A stretch of 64,000 nucleotides of DNA from Takakia lepidozioides (Eukaryota > Plantae > Bryophyta). Every line of letters begins with the position of its first letter. The stretch's first letter is position 1. A model generated the notes under the pieces. It searched no databases. It was given only the letters and a program-made list of their open reading frames with translations, and was not told the origin of the DNA. The translations under genes and the position numbers were made by a program. Below are positions 1 to 11,182 of this stretch, one piece after another. The stretch covers positions 47,864,001-47,928,000 of the forward strand of contig CM060734.1 of NCBI GenBank assembly GCA_030704615.1, written 5' to 3'.

Positions 1-687
1 CAGGCACGTCAACCATGACCACAGCTTCTGAAAGAGGATTGTCCCATTCTCCTTCTGGTTCTGCAACTATTCTCTGCTTCAACGTTTCGATTATATGTCC
101 CACTAGCTGGTTGCATTGCAGGCAATGTAGATCCCAATGCTCTCGTATGACAAATCTTGCACATGTGAGTTTCGTGGGTATTTGGTTTGGTTGATATTTC
201 CCTCCCGTATCGCAGTTCCTGACTTAGGCGATAGGAGTTCCTCCACATCTTCACATTTTTTTGTCACGGAATGCAGCAATCGCAATCGTAGCTCAGTCAT
301 AACTGCTACACCCCATACACTCTTCCTTTCATTTTGGGTGTTGCTTACACTTGACGTTTCATGGGCTTGTTCTTCAGTGCTCTGCGAGCATTTTCCTCCT
401 CCATTGTTTCCAGTCCCATCACCGATAACAGGTATGGTCTTAACTGTTTACCCGTGTGATCTGCTCTCATGTAATCAGCCTCTTCGCTGACCAGTGAGTA
501 ATGCCCCTGGTGTTCATGCTCACTTCCAGGTAAGTCTTCTTCCTTACCCTTGTTACCTCCCTTGTTTTCCTTCTTTTCAGGCAGACTTTGCCCATCAGTT
601 TTTACCAAGTTCTGCCCTTGTCTCTCAGCCCCGTGATTTGCCCGTGTTTGTATAACCCCAACCAAAGGCAACCTTTCACTGGCCTGA

Positions 688-2070
688 TTGTTAGCAGCAG
701 CTGATTGTGGTCTTCTTGGCAGGGTTTCCCACAAGCTCCCCTCTCTTTCAGGCAACCAGTTCTTAATCCTGCCTCTCCACTTTTCACAAGTGAAGTGCCT
801 ATTCTCTCTTTCTTCATACTCCAGCCACTCAGGTAACCTCTTCTCCATCGGCTTGCTACTTCCACACTTCCAGGCCTTGTTTATTTTTCTCCAGCCATTG
901 CCCTCATGCTGGACAAGGTCCTCAATGCCTCTTCTGGCTGCACTTCTGGGCATGTGAAGATGCTTTGCGGTAGGCACACTGATAGAGGCTCTACAGACTT
1001 TAAACCAAAGAGGCATTTCAGCAGATTCAGGTACGTATGTCTGTCTCTTGCTTAAGTGCATCAAGATGGAAGGTCTGGAAGTTGGAAAGCTGGTGCACAC
1101 TCACATTATCCAAAGTGGATTCACGCCAATGTTTTTCTACTCAACACCTTTGTCTCCATGTATGTTAAGTGCGGGAGCATCATGGATGCTCACCAAGTGT
1201 TTGTTTGTGTTTGCAATGCGTGTGCACGCATGGGAGCTCTGGAAAAGGGGAAAGAGGTCCATGGTGACATCGTCAAAGCTGGAATTGTACAAGGTGTCAT
1301 TCTGAACACTGCGCTGGTGGACATGTATGCCAAATGTGGGTGCATTAAGGATGCGACCGGGAGTTTCCAACACTATGGCTGAATATTTTGTGGTGTCGTG
1401 GAACGCGATGCTTGTAGGGTATGCACAGCAAGGACATGGTATGGAGGCTTTGGAGACCTATGATCGAATGATGGGGGAATGGGTGAAGCCCACTGACCAC
1501 ATCACGTTTGTGTGCATTTGTAATGCATCTGCAAGCCTGGCAGCCCTGGAAAAGGGCAAAGAGGTCCATGGTGACATTTTCATGGCTGGATTGCACCCGA
1601 TGTCATTTTGAACAATACCCTGGTGGATATGTATGCAAAATGTGGGTGCATCGAGGATGCAAAGGGAGTGTTCGACAATATGGCTGAACAATATATGGTG
1701 TCATGTAATGCCATGCTTGCAGGAGATGCACATTAGGGGCGCGGGATGGAGGCCTTGGAGACCTATGAGCAAATGATAGGGGAAAGGGTGAAGTGTAACC
1801 AGATCACATTTGTGTGTGTTTGCAATGCTTGTGCAAGCCTGGCAGCCCTAGAAAAGGGCAAAGAGATCCATGGTGACATCATTAAATCGGGAATTACACC
1901 AGATGTCATTTTGAACACTACCCCTGGTGGACATGTATGCCAAATGTGGGTGCATTGAGGATGCAATGGGAGTGTTTGACAGTATGGCTGAACGACATGT
2001 GGTGGTGTGGAGTGTAATGATTGCAGGATATGCACAACAAGGGGGCGGGATGGAGGCTTTGGAGACCTAG
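688..2070 (+). pseudogene. PLS-class PPR (RNA editing factor) pseudogene A
   Basis: N-terminal leader, then GTLIEALQTLNQRGISADSGTYVCLLLKC and repeated P-L-S motifs (VSWNAMLVGYAQQGHGMEAL / TFVCVCNACASLAALEKGKEVHGDI / VILNTALVDMYAKCG). Broken by several frameshifts, an internal deletion (~1200) and stops (955, ~1734, 2068). Confidence 0.9.
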
Positions 2071-2203
2071 GGGCAAATGCCAAGGAGAAGCTGTGGAATG
2101 AATACTTTTCTAACCCAGTCAATGGTGGGACAATCGAGGCAAGAAGGTGGACGCCTGTTGGATTATAGAGAGTAGCAGATGCAATTGAGCATAGGAACTA
2201 GTG

Positions 2204-2625
2204 TGATAAGTAGGGTTGGGGTGTTTGCTGGAACAATTCTAGGTTGTCATCATCAGCTGCTAGCAGCAAGGCAAGGATGTATGCATGATTTGTGCATAGG
2301 CATGGATAGCTGAAGGAGCAGGGATAGAGTGTGGGTCCAGATTCATCCAAGAGGGCTGAATTTCATGCTCTAGATTACCAATGATTCCCTGTGGAAGGAT
2401 AGCTACAAGAAACCTGCATGGACAGATGGTCAACTGGAAACCGCAGCAGCAACGACACAATTGATCAAATCAGGCACTGTTAATCAAGGCACCTTCTTCA
2501 ACACATTTCACCCTGTTTTTCCCTCTTATCAGAATCGGCCCTCAATTTGTTGAATTTTGCAAGTTAGCTGGTTGAGTGAACCTTTGATAGTTTGGAATGA
2601 CTTTGACATGAATCTGCCAATGTGA
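2204..2625 (+). repeat. Dispersed repeat, copy 1 of a captured unidentified exon with flanks (copies at 5376-5797 and 6833-7020)
   Basis: Near-identical block in three places; consensus translation AWIAEGAGIECGSRFIQEGRIFKLQITYDSLWKDSYKKPAWVDGQLEAAAA..QLIKSGTANE. Confidence 0.85.
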
Positions 2626-2705
2626 GAACAAGAAAGTATCCAAAAACAGGTAACAGAGACGAGGAGAAGTTGTGGAACAATAGTGGAACAATCGTGGGAC
2701 AATCA

Positions 2706-2815
2706 AGGTTTTGGGCTGATGAGCACGACCCCTGCAGGGATGTCTCTCCATCTCGTGAAGAATCTTCGGGTGTGTGGTGACTGCCACACTGCCACCAAGT
2801 TCGTTTCGAAGTTGT
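2706..2815 (+). pseudogene. Isolated DYW deaminase domain fragment
   Basis: [35 protein letters not shown] contains the KNLRVCxDCH zinc-binding motif. Confidence 0.9.
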
Positions 2816-3129
2816 TGGCCAAATGCAGTTGTAAGGAGTATTGCACTTGATAGTTGTAAGTAGAGTCCATCATTCTAATAGTACCAGAACTGTAGTAGTA
2901 CTTAAAAACTTCTGCCCTTGTGTCGGTTTGCTTAATTTTTGCTCCACATTAGACTTTGAGGCATCCGTGGGGATGCTTGTCCAACTTGAAATTTTGTAAT
3001 ATGATTTACAGGGCTTGTACTCCCCCTTTGGCCTTCCATTCTATTTTCCCAAAAACATAATGAAGAATTTAAATCAATTAATAATCTAAATTTTATGATT
3101 TTATAATTTGATTTATTAAATTTAAAAAC

Positions 3130-3556
3130 ATTATTAAAAAAAATTCAAAAATGATGTGTCAAATCCGCAGTGGTGCACGTGTCCATCCAGCGCCTCTCCA
3201 TGTAGGCATCGCTCTGCAGACATATAGTCATATGATCCCCTCACGAATGCGTGACGTGTCGCTTGCACAGTGGTGCACGTGTTTCACTGAAGCCTCTCTA
3301 TGTAGGCAACGCTCAGCAGACAATGTAGTCATATAGTTAGACAAATGTAAGTCATAGAGTTGTGACTACATCACTCTCCTCTGCATGACTCCAGGTGCCA
3401 CGCACGCAGTCACAGCTATGACTTGCAAAACGCAGTCCTAAATACTAGTCGCTATCACGCCGTTTTTTTCACTTCAGAGTCATGTAGTCATGAACGCATA
3501 TAGAACTGAAAAAATAGTCATATTTGCAGTCATAAAAATGCTCATCTGTTGTAGTG
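3130..3556. mobile_element. CACTA (En/Spm) transposon right-end remnant
   Basis: Ends in ATCTGTTGTAGTG (reverse complement begins CACTACAACAGAT); many GTCATA/ATGAC subterminal repeats; internal ~63-bp duplication (3170/3270). No matching left end seen. Confidence 0.65.
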
Positions 3557-4644
3557 AACGAATGATACACAAACGCCTTGCTGGCAACTATTGGATGAAC
3601 GTAGGAACGAATGATAATGTAAACACTAAGCTGGCAGCTATTGGATGAACTGACAGTGAAACTCATTTAAAGATTTATTTTGGATGAATGGATGAAATTA
3701 AAATGGCCAAAAAATGGAAAAATAAATGAATGGATGGATGTATTGATGGAAAACCCCAAAATCCATCCATCTATCGCTACATTCATCCATCCAGTCATGA
3801 GTAGAGGGGACTTAGCGTTTTTTTGTCTCCCCTGCCATCTGTTTGTTTTCTTTGTGTCGAGTCTGATTGTGAGAGACGACAAACAGGACGGAGCTGTGTT
3901 TGCTTTCTTATAGTATCGAGTCTGATCATTTTTTGTCAATGTACGATGTGAAGAAGTTTGTCCATCCTGCAAATCTGGGATCTTGGCGACTGTTAGTACC
4001 ATGATTTGGTATTCTTCCCGGTGTTTACAAGGTTCTTCAGAGAGTCAGTTTGGTCTTAGCAGGTCGTGTTTCAATCTCTACTCACTCAGCTACACTGTGG
4101 TGGTTCTCATGGACCAATCCGACATTACCAGACTACAGACACAAGCAGCACACACAAGAGGTCGGTTTGGGTTCATGGTCAGTCGAATCCTCCATGGGTC
4201 ATGACACAAGGTGGAGGACAATGTGCTGAGGGCACCTTCTTCTTCGACCTATTTCAGCTTGTTTTGCCCCCTCATTAGACTCGGCCCTGAATTTGCAGCA
4301 CGGTGTAGAGCTGACATGAGTTTTTAAAAGATCCTTCACGATGGTGCGACAACCGCAATCGCAAGGTGTGGCTTTTTCTTGATATACGATATGAAGAAGT
4401 TTGTCCATCCTGCATTTGTCTCTTCTAGGCTAGGCTCACAGTTCCTCAAGAGCGGCAACCCTTAGTTCATTCTGGAACACTTGGTTCAGCTTCTAGGTGA
4501 AGGGTTTCTCTTCTTTAATCTTCAGTTTTCTGGACGGTTCTAGATGAAGATATGCTCTTCTTGTCATCTATTTTAGCGATAGGTGTTTCCCAGCCATGGC
4601 TCGGAGCTTGCTATTAGTCAGTGAGCCATGGTATGTGGGTAGAA

Positions 4645-4790
4645 GTCTGTTTGCCGCAACCTTGTGGCCATAGACCCCGCAGCCAATTTGGACAGAAACA
4701 TAGAGAGAGGATGTACTCTCGTTCCCTGTGAAAGTTGGCATTCCATCGCTGTACCGCCATTAATCCCCTGGGACTAACCCTCCCTGACTC
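4645..4790 (-). mobile_element. LINE 3'-end fragment (same family as 32835-33260)
   Basis: TTTGCCGCAACCTTGTGGCCATAGACCCCGC aligns with TTTGCCGTAGCCTTGTGGCCATTGACCCCGC at ~32839. Confidence 0.6.
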
Positions 4791-4954
4791 ATTTTTGGGG
4801 TTCGCACTCACCAAAGTTTAGCTTATCGCTGCAACTCAGTTGCAGGTATAAACTTATTTTCCCGCAATTGCCATTAAGGCACTCACATAGGCACTTTTCC
4901 GCTTGCAAACTCGACGGCCCGGTTGTAGGGTTATTGATTTTAATTTTATAGCCC

Positions 4955-4959
<5 letters not shown>

Positions 4960-5004
<45 letters not shown>

Positions 5005-5015
5005 GGGGGGGGGGG
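4960..5015. repeat. (AG)20 microsatellite followed by a G13 run
   Basis: Directly visible. Confidence 0.95.
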
Positions 5016-5070
5016 ATGAGAGAAGTTATGCTGATGATGCTGGTCTATATGTGGGTATGTGAATGTACAG

Positions 5071-5143
5071 GGGTGTCACAGGGCGTGTGGAACAGGGGAT
5101 AATTAAGGTTGGTGAGGAAGTTGAAGTGGTTGGGCTTCGCACG
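5071..5143 (+). pseudogene. Orphan exon of organellar (probably mitochondrial) elongation factor Tu
   Basis: cag|...[24 protein letters not shown]|gtaac matches the EF-Tu domain II signature ([20 protein letters not shown]). Splice sites are kept but no other EF-Tu exons are present. Confidence 0.85.
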
Positions 5144-5375
5144 GTAACAATCTTCATTGCACAGAAACCTAGGCCCATATAACTTTCTTTCCTTTGGCAA
5201 TGTCAGTACAGGGATTTGCTGTGTGATTCACTTCAGTTGGGTCATGACACAAGGTCAAGGACAATGTGGTGAGGGCACCTTCTTCTTCGACCTATTTCAG
5301 CCTATTTTGCCCTCTCACCAGACTTGGCCCTGAGATGCATATTGAATTCTATAAGTTAGCTCGAATGTTGCTCGT

Positions 5376-5797
5376 TGATAAGTAGGGTTGGGGGTGTTTG
5401 CTGGAACAATTCTAGGCTGTCATTGTCAACTGCTAGCAGGAAAGCAAAGATGTATGCATGATTTTGTGCAGAGGCATAGATAGCTGAAGGAGCAGGGATA
5501 GAGTGTGAGTCCAGATTCATCCAAGAGGGCCGGATTTCAAGCTCCACATTACCTATGATTCCCTATGGAAGGATAGATACAAGAAACCTGCATGGGTAGA
5601 TGGACAACTGGAAGCCGCAGCAGCAACGACGCAATTGAAAATCAGGCACTGCTAATGAAGGCACCTTCTTCAACACATTTCACCTTGTTTTCCCCTCTTA
5701 TCAGAATCGGCCCTAAATTTTCATGTTGAATTCTGCAAGTTAGTTGTTGAGTGAATCTAGTTTGGAGTGACTTTGACATGATACTGCCAATGTGACA
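5376..5797 (+). repeat. Dispersed repeat, copy 2 of the captured unidentified exon
   Basis: Aligns with 2204-2625. Confidence 0.85.
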
Positions 5798-5829
5798 AGG
5801 ATATGCATTGAACTCATTGGTAGCGGGAT

Positions 5830-6830
5830 ATTGGGATAACTCTTGGCCATGTGCCATCGTCAAAAGCTGAAATTGTACTAGTTGTCATTCTGAACACTGC
5901 CCTGGTAGACATGTATGCCAAATGTGGGTGTAGCATTTGTTGCGGAGAGTTCGACAACATGGCTAAATGAGATGTGGTGTTGTGGAGTGCCATGATTGCA
6001 AGGTATGTGCAGCATAGGTGTGGGATTAAGGCTTTGGAAACCTAAGAGCAAATGATGTGGGAAAGGATGAAGCCAGACGAGGTCATGTACATTTGTGTTT
6101 GTAATATGCATATGCGAGCCTAGAAGCCCTGGGAAGGGGCCAAAAGGTTCATGGTGACATCATCAAAGCTGGAATTGTACCTGATGTCCTTCTGAACATT
6201 CCCTTGGTGTACATGTATGTCAAATGCGAGCCTGATAGCCCTGGAAAGGACGCAAAGGTCCATGGTGACATTGTCAAAGCTGGAATTGTACCACTAGATG
6301 TCTCTAAACACTGCCTTGGTGGATATGTATGTCAAATGCAAGCCTGGCAGCCCTGAAAAAAGGTGCAGAGGTCTACGGTAATATCGTCAAAGCTGGTATT
6401 GTATCTGATGTGATTATGAATGTTGTCATAGTGGACATGTATGCCAAGTTTGGGTACAACTGCAAGGATACAAATGGCATGCAGTTTGATAATATGGCTG
6501 AATGAGATGTGGTATCAGCCTAGCCCATAATTACACTTAACTAGAGTAGGCAATGAGTGAAGACGGGTTCGTGGCGACATCGTCCAAGTTGGAATTGAAT
6601 TGATGTTGTTCTAAAATATGCCCTTGTGGTGAGGGCGTGCAGAGCAGGAGCGCGGGATGGGGCTTTGGAGACCTGAAAGGAAATGATGGGGAAGGGGTGA
6701 AGCTCGACCACATCATGTTTGTGTGCGTGTGCAAGCCTGACAGCCCTGGAAAGCACATGCAAAGAGGTACATGGTTGCATCACCAAAGCTGGAATTATAT
6801 CAGATGTGATTCTGAACAATGCCCTCGTGG
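5830..6830 (+). pseudogene. PLS-class PPR pseudogene B with three tandem ~112-bp L+S half-units (6113-6447)
   Basis: VILNTALVDMYAKCG, WSAMIARYVQ and repeated SLxALxKGxxVHGDIIKAGIVPDV...MYVKC; many stops and frameshifts. Confidence 0.85.
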
Positions 6831-6832
6831 GA

Positions 6833-7020
6833 ATGGATAGCTGAAGGAGCAGGGATAGAGTGTGGGTGTAGATTCATCCAAGAGGGCCGGATTTTCAAGC
6901 TCCAGATTACCTATGATTCACTGTGGAAGGATAGCTACAAGAAACTTGCATGGGTAGATGGTCAACTGGAAGCCGCAGCGGCAGCGGCACAATTGATAAA
7001 ATCAGGCACTGCTAATGAAG
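6833..7020 (+). repeat. Dispersed repeat, copy 3 of the captured unidentified exon (open frame, followed by GT donor)
   Basis: ORF-track 6819-7133; the match to copies 1 and 2 ends at AATGAAG|GTAG. Confidence 0.8.
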
Positions 7021-7259
7021 GTAGTGGATTGCTGAAGTTCGAAAGATGCCAGTGTATGCATTTTCTGCTCAGGCATTTGGAAGTCTATATAGACTTTGCA
7101 GCTTTGTGCATTTTTGTAGTAGCACCAAATTAGATTATAGAACAAATCTTTGAACATTAAGTCACGTTGTATTTGAATCGATGTTCCAATTTCAAATGTG
7201 CTTTCATGTTTCAATGGTGTTTTCGTGTGCTTTCAATGGTGCTTTCATGTGTCAATGCT

Positions 7260-7802
7260 GCTAGAGTTAGGCCCATGACTACGGTCATGTACACGACTAC
7301 CTCCTATCCACAGAGCCTCCGCCACGTGCCACTTTCACCCCTCGTGTTCGCCCATACTCGTGCCACGTGCAGTATCTAGAGTGCGCCATGGAAGTCATAT
7401 GTTCCAGTCATAACGACCACCCCCATCCTGCATAATTGACTCCACGTGTCATGTCCAGTCTTCTCCACGTGTTGTCCTGGGGTTAATCTGTGAAAGTCGT
7501 ATATGCCAGTCGTAAAGATCATGTCGCCTTCCCTTTGACGTGACACGTGGCATATCCCTTCCGTTCCACGTGAAGCTGACATGGATTCGCAGTCATTTAC
7601 TATGGTCTTATCAATGACTATGATTAGGCGTCCCTGTTGCCACGTCAACAGTGAGCTCCACGACTGGCAGATACGACTCTATGGCACTTCCGACTCATTT
7701 GTCACAATTGACTGGGTTTTAGCTCACTGGGTAGTCATGCAATCATAAAAGGCTGATACGACTGGAAAATAATAGACCTAAAAGCCAGGATCTGTTGTAG
7801 TG
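7260..7802. mobile_element. Second CACTA right-end remnant
   Basis: Ends in the same 13-mer ATCTGTTGTAGTG as 3544-3556; rich in GTCAT/ACGAC subterminal repeats. Confidence 0.65.
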
Positions 7803-8149
7803 CTTGCATATGAAGAGTCCACATCTTCACCTGAAAAAAAAGACGATATGAGGCCAGTGGAAATTCCACATCATGAGAAACCTGTAGGAAGGAACAGTTT
7901 TCAAGGAGCACATTTTCAAACTCGGGTTGAATCTACTGGTAATAACATCTATATAGCCTCATCATCTGCATTGTTGGATGAAGGAACTAGTAGCTCTTTT
8001 GATAATTCTGGTGATAATTCATCAAGCTCATCAATGTCCATGCCTGCACAACGTGCTCATGTACATTCATCTCATGAGTCAAAGACGACAACCAGCTCGA
8101 GAGTGTAAAATTCCGAAGAGGCTATAGGATTATGTTGCTGCTACATGTG

Positions 8150-8710
8150 ATGATGAATCCAAATCCGACAGCAAAGCTGTGACAAAACATGACTTAATGC
8201 TATGAAGGAGGAGATGACATCAATCAAGGAGAATGCTACTTGGAAGCTTGTTGATCTTCCTCCTGGTAAGACTCATATTACCTCAAATGGGTCTTTAAGG
8301 AAAAGAATACAACGGATGGCACTCACATCAAGCACAAGGCTAGATTAGTTGCTCGCGGCTTCGAGTATATGGAGGGAATTGATTATGATAAGACCTTTGC
8401 TCCTGTTATCAAATGGGGAACACTTAGAGCATTAATTGCTCTTGCTGCAAGACACAAGTGGAAATTTCTCACCTTGATGTCAAGATAACATTTCTTAATG
8501 GAAAAATCAAGGAATACGTCTTTATGTTGCACCCTGAGGGGTTTGTAATTCCAGCAAGTTGCTGAAAGCCCTCAAGCAAGCTTCAAGAGCCTGGTATGAA
8601 GAGATAGATATCTACTTGAAGGGTCAAGGCCTAAAGAGGAGCAATACAGATTACACTCTATATTATCTGAGGGAAAGAGGAAAAATTCTTATGATGGTCA
8701 TCTATGCTCT
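8150..8710 (+). mobile_element. Ty1/copia reverse transcriptase remnant
   Basis: MKEEMTSIKENATWKLVDLPPGK...KWVFK...KARLVARGF...GIDYDKTFAPV...HLDVKxxFLNG (RVT_2 motifs); frameshifted and truncated at the YxDD region; no LTRs found. Confidence 0.9.
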
Positions 8711-10660
8711 AGATTTTGAGAAGTAGTTTAATAACACCATAATTGGCGTGGTTGGTCTATTTAAGAGATCAATAGGCTGCCGCGATATCCCCCACCTGCT
8801 CCCTGTCTGCTCCCCGCTTGCTCCCTAACGACAATTGACAGGGCTCCGAAAAATATTCCCTCGAAGCTTCTCCTCGTCTCTGTCAGCCCCTGGCTGGCCT
8901 CCTCGTATTCTGTCTGCCGCTACTGCTTATCGTGCTTCCAGTCGACCATCCACTCAAGCAGGTTTCTCGTAGCTATCAATCCACAAGGATGAGAAGGTAA
9001 TCTTGTGCTTAAAATCCGGCCCTCAGGGAACAATCGACAAGAAACTCTCTCCTTTATCATTAAAAAAGAGAAATCCCCGCGCTCAAACCCCTCCCTTACC
9101 ATTAGACCCTAAAGTTCTCTAAATGCACAATACGTGTCCACGGACTAATCACTGGATGACACGTGTCTACATGTATTATCTCAACCCTGTAGTGGTTGGA
9201 ACTTGGAAGCAAGCTAGGGTGGCTAGAAAAAGTCCACTGTGTGCCCTATACAAGAAGTCCCAAGGTTTTTCAGAATTTTGATTTGATGATTACGGAAAAA
9301 TTATAGTCGCTAGATTCATCCATGATGAAAGATATGAACTATCTAAAGTTGACAGTAATAGACATTATGACATTATTTCTATTTTTCCTAATACAAGCTA
9401 TTATTTCTATTTTTTATAATTATATATTATATATTTTTTATTTCCGTTATATCACATAGTGGGACTCGGGCTACTCTTCATCTACTTGAAATGTATCTGA
9501 AGCAATTTCATTGTTTTACTTTGTTTCCATGCATTCATGTACTTTGGCAAAATCAATTTTTCGAGGCTCACAATAATATATAGAAATTTCAAATAAAAAA
9601 TTTCACTTTTTTGATATTTTTTATAGGACTTTAGTATCTTAAATAGTAGAGCAAGACTAATATGAGTCTCTTTTATCATATTTGTTTTCTATAGTGAGTG
9701 CAAAAATTCCATAAGAAGTCTTTTTATGGAACACCGCATATGCATTTTCTAAAGTCAATTACGTCGACAAATCAACTTCATGTCTTGGTGAGAATTTAAA
9801 GAGTATAGCTTGTAGTAGTTGGAAACATAAGAGTGAGTCCGATTTCATCATTGTAATACAAATTTGTCCCTAAGGTACAATTGAATCAAACTATGTAATG
9901 TAAAACACTGTTGTGACACAAAAATATAAACACCGTAGTCTGCTTTCACCCTATTATTATTATTATTATTTAAAAATATGTAATTATTTTAAACCCTACA
10001 TTCATTTAAATTCCCTAATCACAATATAATGTGCCCATTATCAATTTTAAATATTTTCCAATTTTTATCTTTTCAAAATAAATTGCACCCTATATTGGTT
10101 GGGAATAACGTCGGTTGGGAATATTTGGAAGTGACTTCCCCGGGGCAACTGATCAAGCGATTTAAGATGCCACAGTTGGCTGTACTTGGGAATTGAGTTC
10201 TTTTACTTTGCTTTAGGAATATTCATGACGTGGAGGGGGTACATAAGGGAAATTCTCGAAGAGATTGGCTTAATAAGCGAATGCAACACATGCGCTACTC
10301 CTATGGTGCATACAAGTCACAATGCATTGTTCTTCCATTTGCATCCGAACGGTTATTGTGGATAGGGCATCGTATATACTAGGAACTCATTCACGTTTTC
10401 TGTGGGTGACCCCGTAAATGTTCACACACACAAAACACTCTATCATCAGGGTATTTCATATCAGGGTCACTGCTCATATGCTTCTCATTAACATGAAATC
10501 TGAAATGTACTTAAGACTCAGATCATGAATATAGGGTTGTCTCAATTTGTAAGCAGCGCAGGGCAGAGACTTTGCATCATATTGAAAGTCACTCGAACTT
10601 GGATAATTTAATACCAGTAGGAATGCCTGAAAGTCGCAGTGCGAGAACCCGAGGGTGGAT

Positions 10661-11182
10661 TATTATGGCACTCTATGTAACAAGTCTGAATAGCTTATGG
10701 GTGGAAAAAGCCATGGGGTGGGGTGAATGACAGGTGGGGGAAAGCTGGAGCAGTGTCACGTGAAGGCCTGGAGAGGCAACTGCCAGCTTTAAGTACTGAT
10801 CACCTGTCAAGGAGGTCAACAGGTGGTGAAGGTCACCTGTACACGAAAGAAGAAAACGGTTCTGGCAGGCACGAACAGGGGAGAAGACGATTGGGGATGA
10901 TGGCCTAGAGGACACTAGGATTTGATAGAACTGGATGCAGGAATTAGGCACGGCGTGGTGGCTGGGTGGACCAGATGTGATAATTGGTGCTATGCATTTT
11001 AGAGTTGGTTGATCTAGAAATAGTCACTGGCTTTTGTAGTTAGCAGTGGCAGAGACTATGGTTCGTCTTTTGTACAAAAGTGGTGTAAATCATGTGAATA
11101 TGGTTCTATCAAGAGCTAAGCTGTAAAGGAGTTGATCAGATATGATTCCTGTCACAGTTTGGAAGAAGAAAGGGTTGTTATA
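10661..11182 (+). repeat. 5' LTR (522 bp)
   Basis: Direct repeat of 16208-16756, followed by the PBS. Confidence 0.95.

Noticed and set aside
345-1100. 251-aa minus-strand ORF
   Set aside because: Antisense to the leader and N-terminus of the PPR pseudogene; no recognisable motif.
2400-2425. KKPAW as the start of a DYW:KP (U-to-C) domain
   Set aside because: The surrounding sequence lacks IEV, HxE and CxxC; it belongs to the unrelated captured exon.
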